A stretch of 64,000 bases of DNA from IMG/VR virus record IMGVR_UViG_3300009376_000004. One strand, 5' to 3'. This stretch comes from an uncultured virus (IMG/VR IMGVR_UViG_3300009376_000004). Taxonomy: Duplodnaviria; Heunggongvirae; Uroviricota; Caudoviricetes. Shown here in pieces: positions 1 to 8,869 of this stretch (the stretch's first letter is position 1; each line of letters opens with the position of its first letter). The notes below the pieces were generated by a model. The model saw only the letters and a program-made list of their open reading frames with translations. It had not been told where the DNA came from and ran no database searches. The position numbers and the translations under genes are program-made.

Positions 1-300
1 ACACCAGCACATGGTAATAATGGATTTTTCCTAGCATTTAATTCGCCAAATTCTGACGATTATTCACCTAACGCAGTTTATAGAACAGAGGGTTACACAG
101 CATCAGCAATTACTCATCTTCATGGTGCAAAGAGATATAGTGGAAGTTGGACTGATGAAACCACAAATCAATATATTATTCATCTAACATATGATGCTAA
201 CGCCTTACCAAATATTCCTTCTGGATCAATCTTCGAGGAATCTGACACAGGCAAACACTATATGTTAGACGGATCGGCATCGTGGAATGAGATAGCATGA
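1..300 (+). CDS. Partial (5'-truncated) CDS, probable tail fibre/virion surface protein C-terminus
   Basis: Frame 1 is open from base 1 to TGA at 298-300. It ends ...PNIPSGSIFEESDTGKHYMLDGSASWNEIA, a motif typical of viral fibre/adhesin ends. Not in the ORF track. Confidence 0.6.
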   Translation, partial: TPAHGNNGFFLAFNSPNSDDYSPNAVYRTEGYTASAITHLHGAKRYSGSWTDETTNQYIIHLTYDANALPNIPSGSIFEESDTGKHYMLDGSASWNEIA

Positions 301-303
301 TAA

Positions 304-3300
304 ATGGCAAAAGTAGGAAAAGTTTTTCAAACTAATATTTTTCAATCATTTTTTCAAGATGAATGGGGTGGAGCTGACGATGTATTCCAGACAAATATAT
401 TTCAATCAAATGTTTATCAAGATTCATTTGAACCTTTTGTATTTCAAAAAGGTGTATTTCAGAATGATGTATTTGACGTAATTTCTGCAATAGTTAAGGC
501 AATCAATGAAACATTACAAACATCTGAAAGTAAAAATCAATTACGAGTTCTCATAAGATCAATAGCCGAATCAGTATCTATTTCACAGGCTAGAACAAGA
601 GCAAGAGTATTACTTAGAGTAATAGATGAAATAGTCAGGTCGCAAGAAAATGCTAGTGCTGTTCAAGGATTAGTTAGAATAGCAGATGAATCATTAGAGT
701 ATGCAGAAAATGTAACTAGATTAAGAGATATGCTTAGAACAATATCTGAAACGCAACGGACAACAGAATCCTTTTCACAGAAATATCTATTTGGAATACT
801 TGAAACTGTAAATGTTTCACAGGTCAGGTCAAGACTTAGATCAATAAAGAGAGTTATCACCGAGAAAGTTCAGATAGGATTAGAAGCATTCCAAAGAAAT
901 GTTTATCAGAATAATGTATTTCAGGGTGCGGTAGAAACTGTAAGAGTATTAGGATCTGTAAAGAGCATAACCGAAACTGTTCAAACAGCAGATTCGTTTA
1001 GCAGACTAAGAAATATGATAAAATCTGTAACCGAATCTGTATCAATATCCCAAGCGAGAGCAAGATTATTACATATTGTAAAATCAATTAATGAAACTGT
1101 CAATACAAGTATCACAATTAATTACATAAAGGGATTATGGCGAACCATTACTGAAACAGAAAAGATAAGACGATCTCAATCTGGAACGATAGTTTTCCAA
1201 GACGGATTATTCCAATCAGATGTATATCAGTTAGGACTTGATGAAACTGTAAGACTTCGAGGACTTTCAAGAATAATTAATGAATCATTAAGCATATCAC
1301 AGGTAAGAGCAAGACTTAGATTACTACGAAGAGTAATAGACGAAACTGTCCAAGTTGCACAAGTAAGAGTTAGACTTAGAACTCTTAGAAGAATTATAAC
1401 AGAAACTTTAGAGATATCAGATACAATTTCATATATTCGTGGAAGATTTAAGTCAATAGCAGAAACAGTTGAAGTATCACAAGTAAGGGCTAGACTTCGA
1501 GCATTAACCAGAATAGTCACTGAATCAATAGAATTAGCAATAGGATTAAGCAATTCATTCAAATTTGGAATTAATGAAACAATTCAGGTATCACAAGCGA
1601 GAGATAGACTTAGAGTAATTGTCAGAACGATTACAGAAACATTACAAAGTATTGAATCCATCGGATTAGGATTTGCATTGGGAATAACTGAAACAGTAGA
1701 AGTTAGTCAGGCTAGGGATAGACTTAGAGCATTAAGACGAATCATTACAGAATCAGTAGAGATTGCCACAGCAATATCTTATGTAAAAGATATGTTCAGA
1801 TTTGCCAATGAAACTATAAACATAACCAAGATATTATTCCAAACGAATGTATTCCAAAATAATATGTTCCAGATACGAGATGAAATTATAACAGTAAAGG
1901 GATTGGTAGAACGATTAAATGAAACCATACAAGTTTCTCAAACAAGGTCTAGACTTAGAATACTCAAAAGAATAATTACAGAATCTATTAGTATAGAAAC
2001 TGTATCTAGCACAGCGAGAGGTATTGCTAGATATGTAACAGAATCAGTTAGCATAGAACAAGCTAGAAGTAGATTAAGAATACTCAAACGAACAATAACA
2101 GAATCAGTAAGTCTTGCAGATACTATTGGATATATTCGTGGAAGATGGAAGTGGATTAACGAATCAATTAGTTATGCAGAAACAATTTCAAATAGATTTG
2201 TATTCGGAATACTTGATACGATAAATGTTGGATTTAGTAAGGTATTCCAATCAAGCATATTCCAAGATGGCATATTCCAATTAAATCCAGAGTTTATTCA
2301 AAGAAGATTAGGATTAGGAAGAATAATTACAGAAGAAGTTCGTATATCACAAATTCGTGCTAGACTTAGAGATCTAAGAAGAATAATCACAGAGGAAGTA
2401 GAATCAGCAGTATCATTTGTTAGTTATAGAACGCTTAGAAGAATACTTGATGAAGATGTAGAAGTTTCTCAATTAAGAACGAGATTAAGAGTTATGCTAA
2501 GAGTGATTACGGAAAGCATTGAGATAGCCACAAGAATCGGACTTTCATTTAAACTAGGAATTAATGAAGCAGTTAATTACATTGAAAAGATTGGATTAGG
2601 ATTCAAGTTAGGAATCAATGAATCAGTAAGATATGTAGAATCACTATCATTAAGATATGTATTCGGAATCAATGAGGATATTTCAGTATCTCAATTAAGG
2701 ACTAGATTAAGAACACTAAGAAGAACCATAACTGAAAGTATAGAATATGCCGAATCAATTAGTCTTAAATTCCTATTTGGAATACTTGAATCATTAGAGA
2801 TAGAGCAATCTAGAACACGAAGGAGGGTAATGCGAAGAATCATTACTGAAACAGTTAGATTTGTAGAAACAATATCTGCGTCATTCAAGTTTGGAATATT
2901 AGAATCAGTAGAATATTCAGAAGCATTAAACCATATAAAGAATATGTTCAGAGCAATAGATGAACAGATAAGGATAGGATTCATCAAGATATTCCAGAGT
3001 AATATATTCCAAAATAATCTATTCCAAGTATCACCACAAGAATATACAAGACTTATGACATTGGGAAGAATAATAACAGAATCCGTTGAGGTAGAACAGA
3101 TCAGAACAAGACTTCGCGTAATGAGGAGAATTATAACTGAATCATTAGAAGTATCAGAACAACTTGCGATAAAATGGATAACTACATTCAATGAAACAAT
3201 CCAAGTATCACAGGTCAGAAATAGATTACGAAGTCTTAGAAGAATCATTACGGAAGAATTGCGTTATACAGAATCAATAGTAAGGCTTAGAACATTAGGC

Positions 3301-4206
3301 AGAATTATAACCGAATCTGTTGAGGTAGAACAGTTAAGATCTAGACTTAGATCTTTGAGGAGAATAATAACCGAATCTATTGAGATTGGAGATGGAATAG
3401 GACTTGCATTTAAGATGGGAATTAATCAAACCATTAACTACGCAGAGAAAGTCGGATTGGCATATAAGATGGGAATAAATGATACGATAGATTATGCTGA
3501 ATCATTATCACTTAGATTTGTATTTGGAATAAATGAAAGTATGGAGATTGAACAACTTAGGTCTAGGTTAAGAGCATTAAGGAGAGTTATCACAGAATCA
3601 ATCGAATATGCAGAATCACTATCTACAAAATACCTATTCGGAATATTAGAAAGTATTGAGATAGAGCAGATACGAACAAGACGTAGAGTTCTTAGAAGAA
3701 TAATCACAGAAGAAATAGAGATAGCAAAGACGATTGGATTAAGATTCCTATTAGGAATTACAGAAGAATTGAGATATGCAGAAAAGGTTGGACTTGCTTT
3801 CAAGATGGGAGTAACCGAATCAATAGAGTATGTAGAAAAAATTGGATTGAAATTTGCATTAGGTATAACAGAAGAATTGAGATCAACCGAAACATTCGCA
3901 AAGAAATATCTATTCGGAATAATCGAGGAGATGGAAATCCCACAAATAGATACTAGATGGAGAGGACTTATCAGATCTATAACAGAAGAATTGAGAATTG
4001 CAGATTATGTAATAATACCATTCAAGCAGATATTAAAGACCATATCAAGAATAGTGACCGAAACATCATCTACGAGCAGAATAATCCTAACGAAGTCAAG
4101 TATATCTCGAATAATATCCACAAATACCTTAACATCTAGAATAATATCTACGAAGCAGACAGTAAGCCGAATAATCAAATATTTAAGTATTATAGGAAGG
4201 CATTAA
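304..4206 (+). CDS. 1300-aa repetitive probable virion structural (fibre/filament) protein
   Basis: Dozens of ~19-21 aa units like RxRLRxLRRIITESIE or FxFGINE, punctuated by FQxNxFQ motifs; lies in structural context. Confidence 0.6.
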   Translation: MAKVGKVFQTNIFQSFFQDEWGGADDVFQTNIFQSNVYQDSFEPFVFQKGVFQNDVFDVISAIVKAINETLQTSESKNQLRVLIRSIAESVSISQARTRARVLLRVIDEIVRSQENASAVQGLVRIADESLEYAENVTRLRDMLRTISETQRTTESFSQKYLFGILETVNVSQVRSRLRSIKRVITEKVQIGLEAFQRNVYQNNVFQGAVETVRVLGSVKSITETVQTADSFSRLRNMIKSVTESVSISQARARLLHIVKSINETVNTSITINYIKGLWRTITETEKIRRSQSGTIVFQDGLFQSDVYQLGLDETVRLRGLSRIINESLSISQVRARLRLLRRVIDETVQVAQVRVRLRTLRRIITETLEISDTISYIRGRFKSIAETVEVSQVRARLRALTRIVTESIELAIGLSNSFKFGINETIQVSQARDRLRVIVRTITETLQSIESIGLGFALGITETVEVSQARDRLRALRRIITESVEIATAISYVKDMFRFANETINITKILFQTNVFQNNMFQIRDEIITVKGLVERLNETIQVSQTRSRLRILKRIITESISIETVSSTARGIARYVTESVSIEQARSRLRILKRTITESVSLADTIGYIRGRWKWINESISYAETISNRFVFGILDTINVGFSKVFQSSIFQDGIFQLNPEFIQRRLGLGRIITEEVRISQIRARLRDLRRIITEEVESAVSFVSYRTLRRILDEDVEVSQLRTRLRVMLRVITESIEIATRIGLSFKLGINEAVNYIEKIGLGFKLGINESVRYVESLSLRYVFGINEDISVSQLRTRLRTLRRTITESIEYAESISLKFLFGILESLEIEQSRTRRRVMRRIITETVRFVETISASFKFGILESVEYSEALNHIKNMFRAIDEQIRIGFIKIFQSNIFQNNLFQVSPQEYTRLMTLGRIITESVEVEQIRTRLRVMRRIITESLEVSEQLAIKWITTFNETIQVSQVRNRLRSLRRIITEELRYTESIVRLRTLGRIITESVEVEQLRSRLRSLRRIITESIEIGDGIGLAFKMGINQTINYAEKVGLAYKMGINDTIDYAESLSLRFVFGINESMEIEQLRSRLRALRRVITESIEYAESLSTKYLFGILESIEIEQIRTRRRVLRRIITEEIEIAKTIGLRFLLGITEELRYAEKVGLAFKMGVTESIEYVEKIGLKFALGITEELRSTETFAKKYLFGIIEEMEIPQIDTRWRGLIRSITEELRIADYVIIPFKQILKTISRIVTETSSTSRIILTKSSISRIISTNTLTSRIISTKQTVSRIIKYLSIIGRH

Positions 4207-4210
4207 TACT

Positions 4211-4552
4211 ATGTCATATGAGGATGCTGTCATCAGAATCGGAAATAAGGGAACAGTATTAGAGATGACAATGTATTCAGTTTTAGGAAATACACAGACA
4301 GTGTTAGATTTATCACAAGGTAATTCTTATCAGATGGAATTTAAGAGAAAAGATAATTCAACACAGACAGTCACAGCTACGATAAAAAATGCACCGGGAT
4401 CAGATGGAATTATAACTTATACAGATACAGGTGGAGCTGTCTTTGCTCATACAAATGCAAGTAAAGGAAGATGGACAGTTAGAGGAATTATTGGTTATGC
4501 TAGTGGAAATACTTTTAAGGGATCATGGCAAGGTTTTACGGTAGGAGAATGA
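4211..4552 (+). CDS. Small beta-sandwich virion protein, BppU N-terminal-like
   Basis: VLDLS..(GSDG)IITYT..GRW pattern resembles BppU-N/Ig-like phage domains; TATA-like ATTTAAG 30 nt upstream. Confidence 0.5.
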   Translation: MSYEDAVIRIGNKGTVLEMTMYSVLGNTQTVLDLSQGNSYQMEFKRKDNSTQTVTATIKNAPGSDGIITYTDTGGAVFAHTNASKGRWTVRGIIGYASGNTFKGSWQGFTVGE

Positions 4553-4553
4553 T

Positions 4554-6482
4554 ATGGGACTAAGAAAAGCTTTTGAGGGAGCATATCAAACATTTAACAA
4601 CTATTTAAGTAATATTGTAAGAAAAAGTAATGCTTCAGTAGTAGGACCATCTAAGCAGATTACTGGTGAGTTTCCAGAAATTACATTCACAAGGTTATAT
4701 GAATATTATCATGGTTGGGATCAGATTAAAAGAGCAGTAGATACGATGCATCAAAAATTCATGGGAGCAGGTATGGAGATAAGAAGTGATAATGATGATT
4801 TTGATTATTTTATAGAAGCATGGATGGAGATAGTCAATTTCCAAAAAAAGATGTCAGAATTTTTCTTATCAGTGTTTATCACAGGTAACGGATTCTTAGA
4901 ATTGCAATGGACAGAGGACGGAAGAATAGGAAACCTAGAACAAATTCCAATGCAGACTATTTATAGGATATTTCGAGATGAATTTGGAGCAGAGTTAAAA
5001 CTCGTTCAAAACATTGATGGTATATTCAAAGAATTAGATCCTCAATACTATGTTCATTGGATGATTAACAATCCAGATAGGTCAGCATTTGGAAAATCTG
5101 AATTTCACAGTTTAGCCGCACCCAGAAAAATATCAGGAACGATTGATCCAAATACAGGTGAAGAAGTCAATCCTGAAAGAACAACAGTTTCATTACTAGA
5201 TGCACAGGCAGAATTACAAAATGCAGAAATAGAGATTAAAAAATTAATGGCAAAACCTAGAATCTTTGCTAGTTTTCCGGGTATGCCACAACATCAGTTA
5301 GAGAAACTTCAAAAAGAATTACAAGATAGTGCATCAGCACAGACAATTTGGGCTTTTGATAAGGAAGCTAAAATGGCAGAAGCACAATTTTCAGGTCAGG
5401 CAAAATACGAATCTTATGGAGAACACGTTGATGAACACATTGACGTTGGAACAGGATTCGCAAGTAAGATAGTCAAGACACCGGGAGCATTTTCATATTC
5501 ATCTAGTCAAACGCCTTTTGATGTAATGGATCAAAGAATGGTAGATTTACAATCAGAAGCAAAGGAGATGATTAGAGATAAGATACTTAGACCATTGGCA
5601 GAAGCATGGGGAATAGAGGACTTTGATGATTTGAACGTAGAGATACATTTTCAACCAAGTGTTAGAAGATTGACGATGGAAGATATTCAGAAATTACCAA
5701 CTGATTCAGTTTCACCTATTGAGAAAAGAGAGATATTAAAAACATTACATATACCATTAGACGATTCAGAATTTCAGAAATATCAAGATAGTGGAGAACA
5801 AGATAAAATTCTTGCAGGTCCTAGACGAACACCAACAGAATCTCCGATAGGAAAACCATCACAAGGTCAGGGTAAGGCAGAAATTAATCAAGATAATGGT
5901 CAAGCACCAACTCCTCAAAGTCAGCAAAGACCAAAACCGACTAGGGAAAGTATTAAGATAAACGAGGCTATGAGAGATCCAAGCATACTAGAAGCATATA
6001 TCAAAGAACAGGTGGCAAAATCACTTGAAAGGATTACAATGTCACCAAGAGTAAATAATTCTGATCTTTACGTTCCCGGTGGGTTAAATGAGGAAGATGC
6101 TAATCCACAAATTACAGATGATGCAATTATGGATAGAATATTAAATACGTTTGACAGTGATTCAGAAAAAGTAAAAGAAGAACCAGAACAAAAGGCAGAA
6201 CCAATACAAGTAAGCCCAATACCAGCAGAAGGTTATCCTATGGAGGAAGAAAGTGAAAATAAATATCCACAACCTTTTGAATTTAATTCACAGTTTTATA
6301 ATGACGATGATGAAGCAATACAGAGTGATATGGATAATAGCACTCCTGTCGAAACATCAAAACCAGCTAAGACCATGAATGTTCCAAAACAAGTGCCAGA
6401 ATCTAGGAATGAACGATTACGAAAATATCTCAATAAAGGAACTGATAAGGATAAATTAAGAGAATTTTTCAATGACAACTGA
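4554..6482 (+). CDS. Portal protein with acidic low-complexity C-terminal extension
   Basis: FITGNGFLE, LEQIPMQTI..I.RDEFG and FGKSE motifs fit the HK97/lambda-type portal pattern; lies upstream of protease and MCP. Confidence 0.85.
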   Translation: MGLRKAFEGAYQTFNNYLSNIVRKSNASVVGPSKQITGEFPEITFTRLYEYYHGWDQIKRAVDTMHQKFMGAGMEIRSDNDDFDYFIEAWMEIVNFQKKMSEFFLSVFITGNGFLELQWTEDGRIGNLEQIPMQTIYRIFRDEFGAELKLVQNIDGIFKELDPQYYVHWMINNPDRSAFGKSEFHSLAAPRKISGTIDPNTGEEVNPERTTVSLLDAQAELQNAEIEIKKLMAKPRIFASFPGMPQHQLEKLQKELQDSASAQTIWAFDKEAKMAEAQFSGQAKYESYGEHVDEHIDVGTGFASKIVKTPGAFSYSSSQTPFDVMDQRMVDLQSEAKEMIRDKILRPLAEAWGIEDFDDLNVEIHFQPSVRRLTMEDIQKLPTDSVSPIEKREILKTLHIPLDDSEFQKYQDSGEQDKILAGPRRTPTESPIGKPSQGQGKAEINQDNGQAPTPQSQQRPKPTRESIKINEAMRDPSILEAYIKEQVAKSLERITMSPRVNNSDLYVPGGLNEEDANPQITDDAIMDRILNTFDSDSEKVKEEPEQKAEPIQVSPIPAEGYPMEEESENKYPQPFEFNSQFYNDDDEAIQSDMDNSTPVETSKPAKTMNVPKQVPESRNERLRKYLNKGTDKDKLREFFNDN

Positions 6483-6732
6483 ACAGGCTACAATCAAAAA
6501 GGGTTGGTGGAAGAAACCACCTAGATCTAGTCGTATCTGTTATAGGTGTGAGCATAAATATTCCTCACATATAGATGTCAGATGTCTAAAAATCGTGAGT
6601 AGAAAGCCAAGAACCGAATGTGATTGTAAGGGATTCGTTAAAGATAAGGCAGAATGGGATTTTATGCTTAGATGTAAAGCAGTAAAAAGACGTACAAAAA
6701 ATGCTTTTAAGAGAATTATGAGTTTTAAATGA
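6472..6732 (+). CDS. Small basic Zn-binding protein
   Basis: CYRCEHKYSSH..C..CDCKGF motif; overlaps the portal stop. Confidence 0.6.
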   Translation: MTTEQATIKKGWWKKPPRSSRICYRCEHKYSSHIDVRCLKIVSRKPRTECDCKGFVKDKAEWDFMLRCKAVKRRTKNAFKRIMSFK

Positions 6733-6733
6733 T

Positions 6734-8869
6734 ATGGCTATCAATGAATTAGAATGTCCTGAATGTCAAGGAACAGGATTTGTCCAACCTGCGTCAGAAC
6801 AAGATTATGATGCAGGTGGTGGTAATAAATTATTTTCTCAACAAGATTATGAGGATGAATATGCTAAAGGTAAAATGAGAGAAGCACAAGATGATGATAA
6901 ATCGGATTATGATCTAGATCAAGAATTAAAACATTATCAGGTAACACCATTTAGGAATAAATCAAAAAAGAAAATGCGAGAGGAAGTATTAAAAGCGAAT
7001 GACGATGGTTCGCCAGAACATAAAGAGATAATAGATCAATTTGTAAATGTGAGGCAAAATCTTTGGCAAGATACCTTTTCAGGTGGAGGTGATTCTAATC
7101 CATACAACGAATTAAATGCAAGCTTAAATCAGGCTTACAAAGACAATGAAGATCTTAATGGTTATGTAGTGCAAAGTCTTAAAGGATTAGATAAGGCAAT
7201 AGAGCATGAGATAGAGGAAGAATTATCTCAACAGGAAATGCCAAATCAGGTTGAAGAAATTAGTGAGGAGGAAGAAACCTTACAAAGTCTAAAGACACAA
7301 TATACGATTGATACGTTAAAGGGCGATATTAAAAATTTAAAGTTAGAACAAGATAAACAAGATGCGAGAATTATAATGGACGAAATAGTTCAGGAAGAAA
7401 TACTTCCTATAATAGATCAACTCAAAACAGATATTGTGCAAGGAATACAATCAACAGATCAAGTTGGTAATGATGAAATTAAAGCTATGCAAGAGGAATC
7501 ACATATGTGTAATGATTGTATGGGAAAGGCTTATGAAATGTTAAAGCAGATAGAAAAACCACATGAGGTAGTTGTTATGAGAACTAGAGGATTTGATGAT
7601 GGATTTGGAGGTGATCAAGACTTGGATGATATTATTGATACGTTAGAAGAGGATTTACAACATATAGAAAAAAATAGTCCTAATCCACAAGAAGATAGGG
7701 ATAGATTAACTAAAGCAATAGAATTGGATTGTCCTGATTGTGATATGCAATGGTTTGACAATGATGAACCACAAGATAGATTAAAAAGACATCAAGACAA
7801 AGCTCATTCCAATCAACCGTCTAATACTTGGAAGAAAGATAATACTTGGAATCAATATAGAGATAAACAAATGAAAAAGGAAGATAAGGGAGAAACACTA
7901 CGCACATTGCAGGAAGTACCAGATAAGACAGGAGTATTTGATAGCAATATAGCAAGAGTGGCAGATTTGTTAGAAGAAATAGATACAGGTGTGTTTGGCA
8001 GTGGTAGTTATGACCTTAATGATAGGGATAAATTAGCAAAAGCAATAGAATTAGATCTTGTAGATGTAACAACAGGAGATATAGGCATAAAGGATCAACT
8101 ACGAAGATTGAAAAAATATTTCAAAGATCTTGACCAAAAAATTTCTCCAAGTCCTTTCGAAGTAGAGGGCGGACTAACATTAGAAGATATTCAAAAATTG
8201 TCAGATGAACAAGATCCTGAAGTAGATGAGGAAGAATTTCTTATCAACGAAGTCGCAAAGAGAACTGATCCTGACGAATTTGTTTGTCCAAAGTGTGATT
8301 ATAAGACAAACATAAAAGAAGAATATGAAGATCATAAGATTACCCATGACGATTATTATATGAGGCAAGATGAATCAATATCACGCTTACAAGAAGTTCA
8401 TCATATGTGTGGTGGTTGTAATAAAGATTTTCTAAGTAGAGCAGGAGAACATCATCTCTTTTCCAAATCTGACAATAGCAAACACGCCCAAATTATAAAT
8501 AAAGCAACAGGTGTTATGCAAACCTATGATACCAAAGACGAGATTGTAATGGGAGCAAATTGTAATGTATGTGGTATGCACTTTGAGGGTAACTTGATGA
8601 GTGAATCCGATTGGACAGATCAACACCATGAAGAAACTGGTCATAGAGAGTTTTCTATATTCATGCTATCAGATAAGAAAGGTAGGAACAGGCGTTCCAT
8701 TCAAACTGCCATAAAAGATTGGGACGATGCAGGAGAATCCGATATAGATCCTGAATACAAATGGGAATTAATTGACAATGAATGGATTCCGATAGGAAAG
8801 AATAAAAATATACAATCAAAAATAAAAAGAAAAAATATATTCGTAGGCGATATGATTGAGGCAGATTAA
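6734..8869 (+). CDS. Acidic modular head-associated polyprotein (Zn fingers, coiled coil)
   Basis: CPECQGTG, several CxxC..H..H fingers and three KAIE motifs; between portal and protease. Confidence 0.65.
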   Translation: MAINELECPECQGTGFVQPASEQDYDAGGGNKLFSQQDYEDEYAKGKMREAQDDDKSDYDLDQELKHYQVTPFRNKSKKKMREEVLKANDDGSPEHKEIIDQFVNVRQNLWQDTFSGGGDSNPYNELNASLNQAYKDNEDLNGYVVQSLKGLDKAIEHEIEEELSQQEMPNQVEEISEEEETLQSLKTQYTIDTLKGDIKNLKLEQDKQDARIIMDEIVQEEILPIIDQLKTDIVQGIQSTDQVGNDEIKAMQEESHMCNDCMGKAYEMLKQIEKPHEVVVMRTRGFDDGFGGDQDLDDIIDTLEEDLQHIEKNSPNPQEDRDRLTKAIELDCPDCDMQWFDNDEPQDRLKRHQDKAHSNQPSNTWKKDNTWNQYRDKQMKKEDKGETLRTLQEVPDKTGVFDSNIARVADLLEEIDTGVFGSGSYDLNDRDKLAKAIELDLVDVTTGDIGIKDQLRRLKKYFKDLDQKISPSPFEVEGGLTLEDIQKLSDEQDPEVDEEEFLINEVAKRTDPDEFVCPKCDYKTNIKEEYEDHKITHDDYYMRQDESISRLQEVHHMCGGCNKDFLSRAGEHHLFSKSDNSKHAQIINKATGVMQTYDTKDEIVMGANCNVCGMHFEGNLMSESDWTDQHHEETGHREFSIFMLSDKKGRNRRSIQTAIKDWDDAGESDIDPEYKWELIDNEWIPIGKNKNIQSKIKRKNIFVGDMIEAD

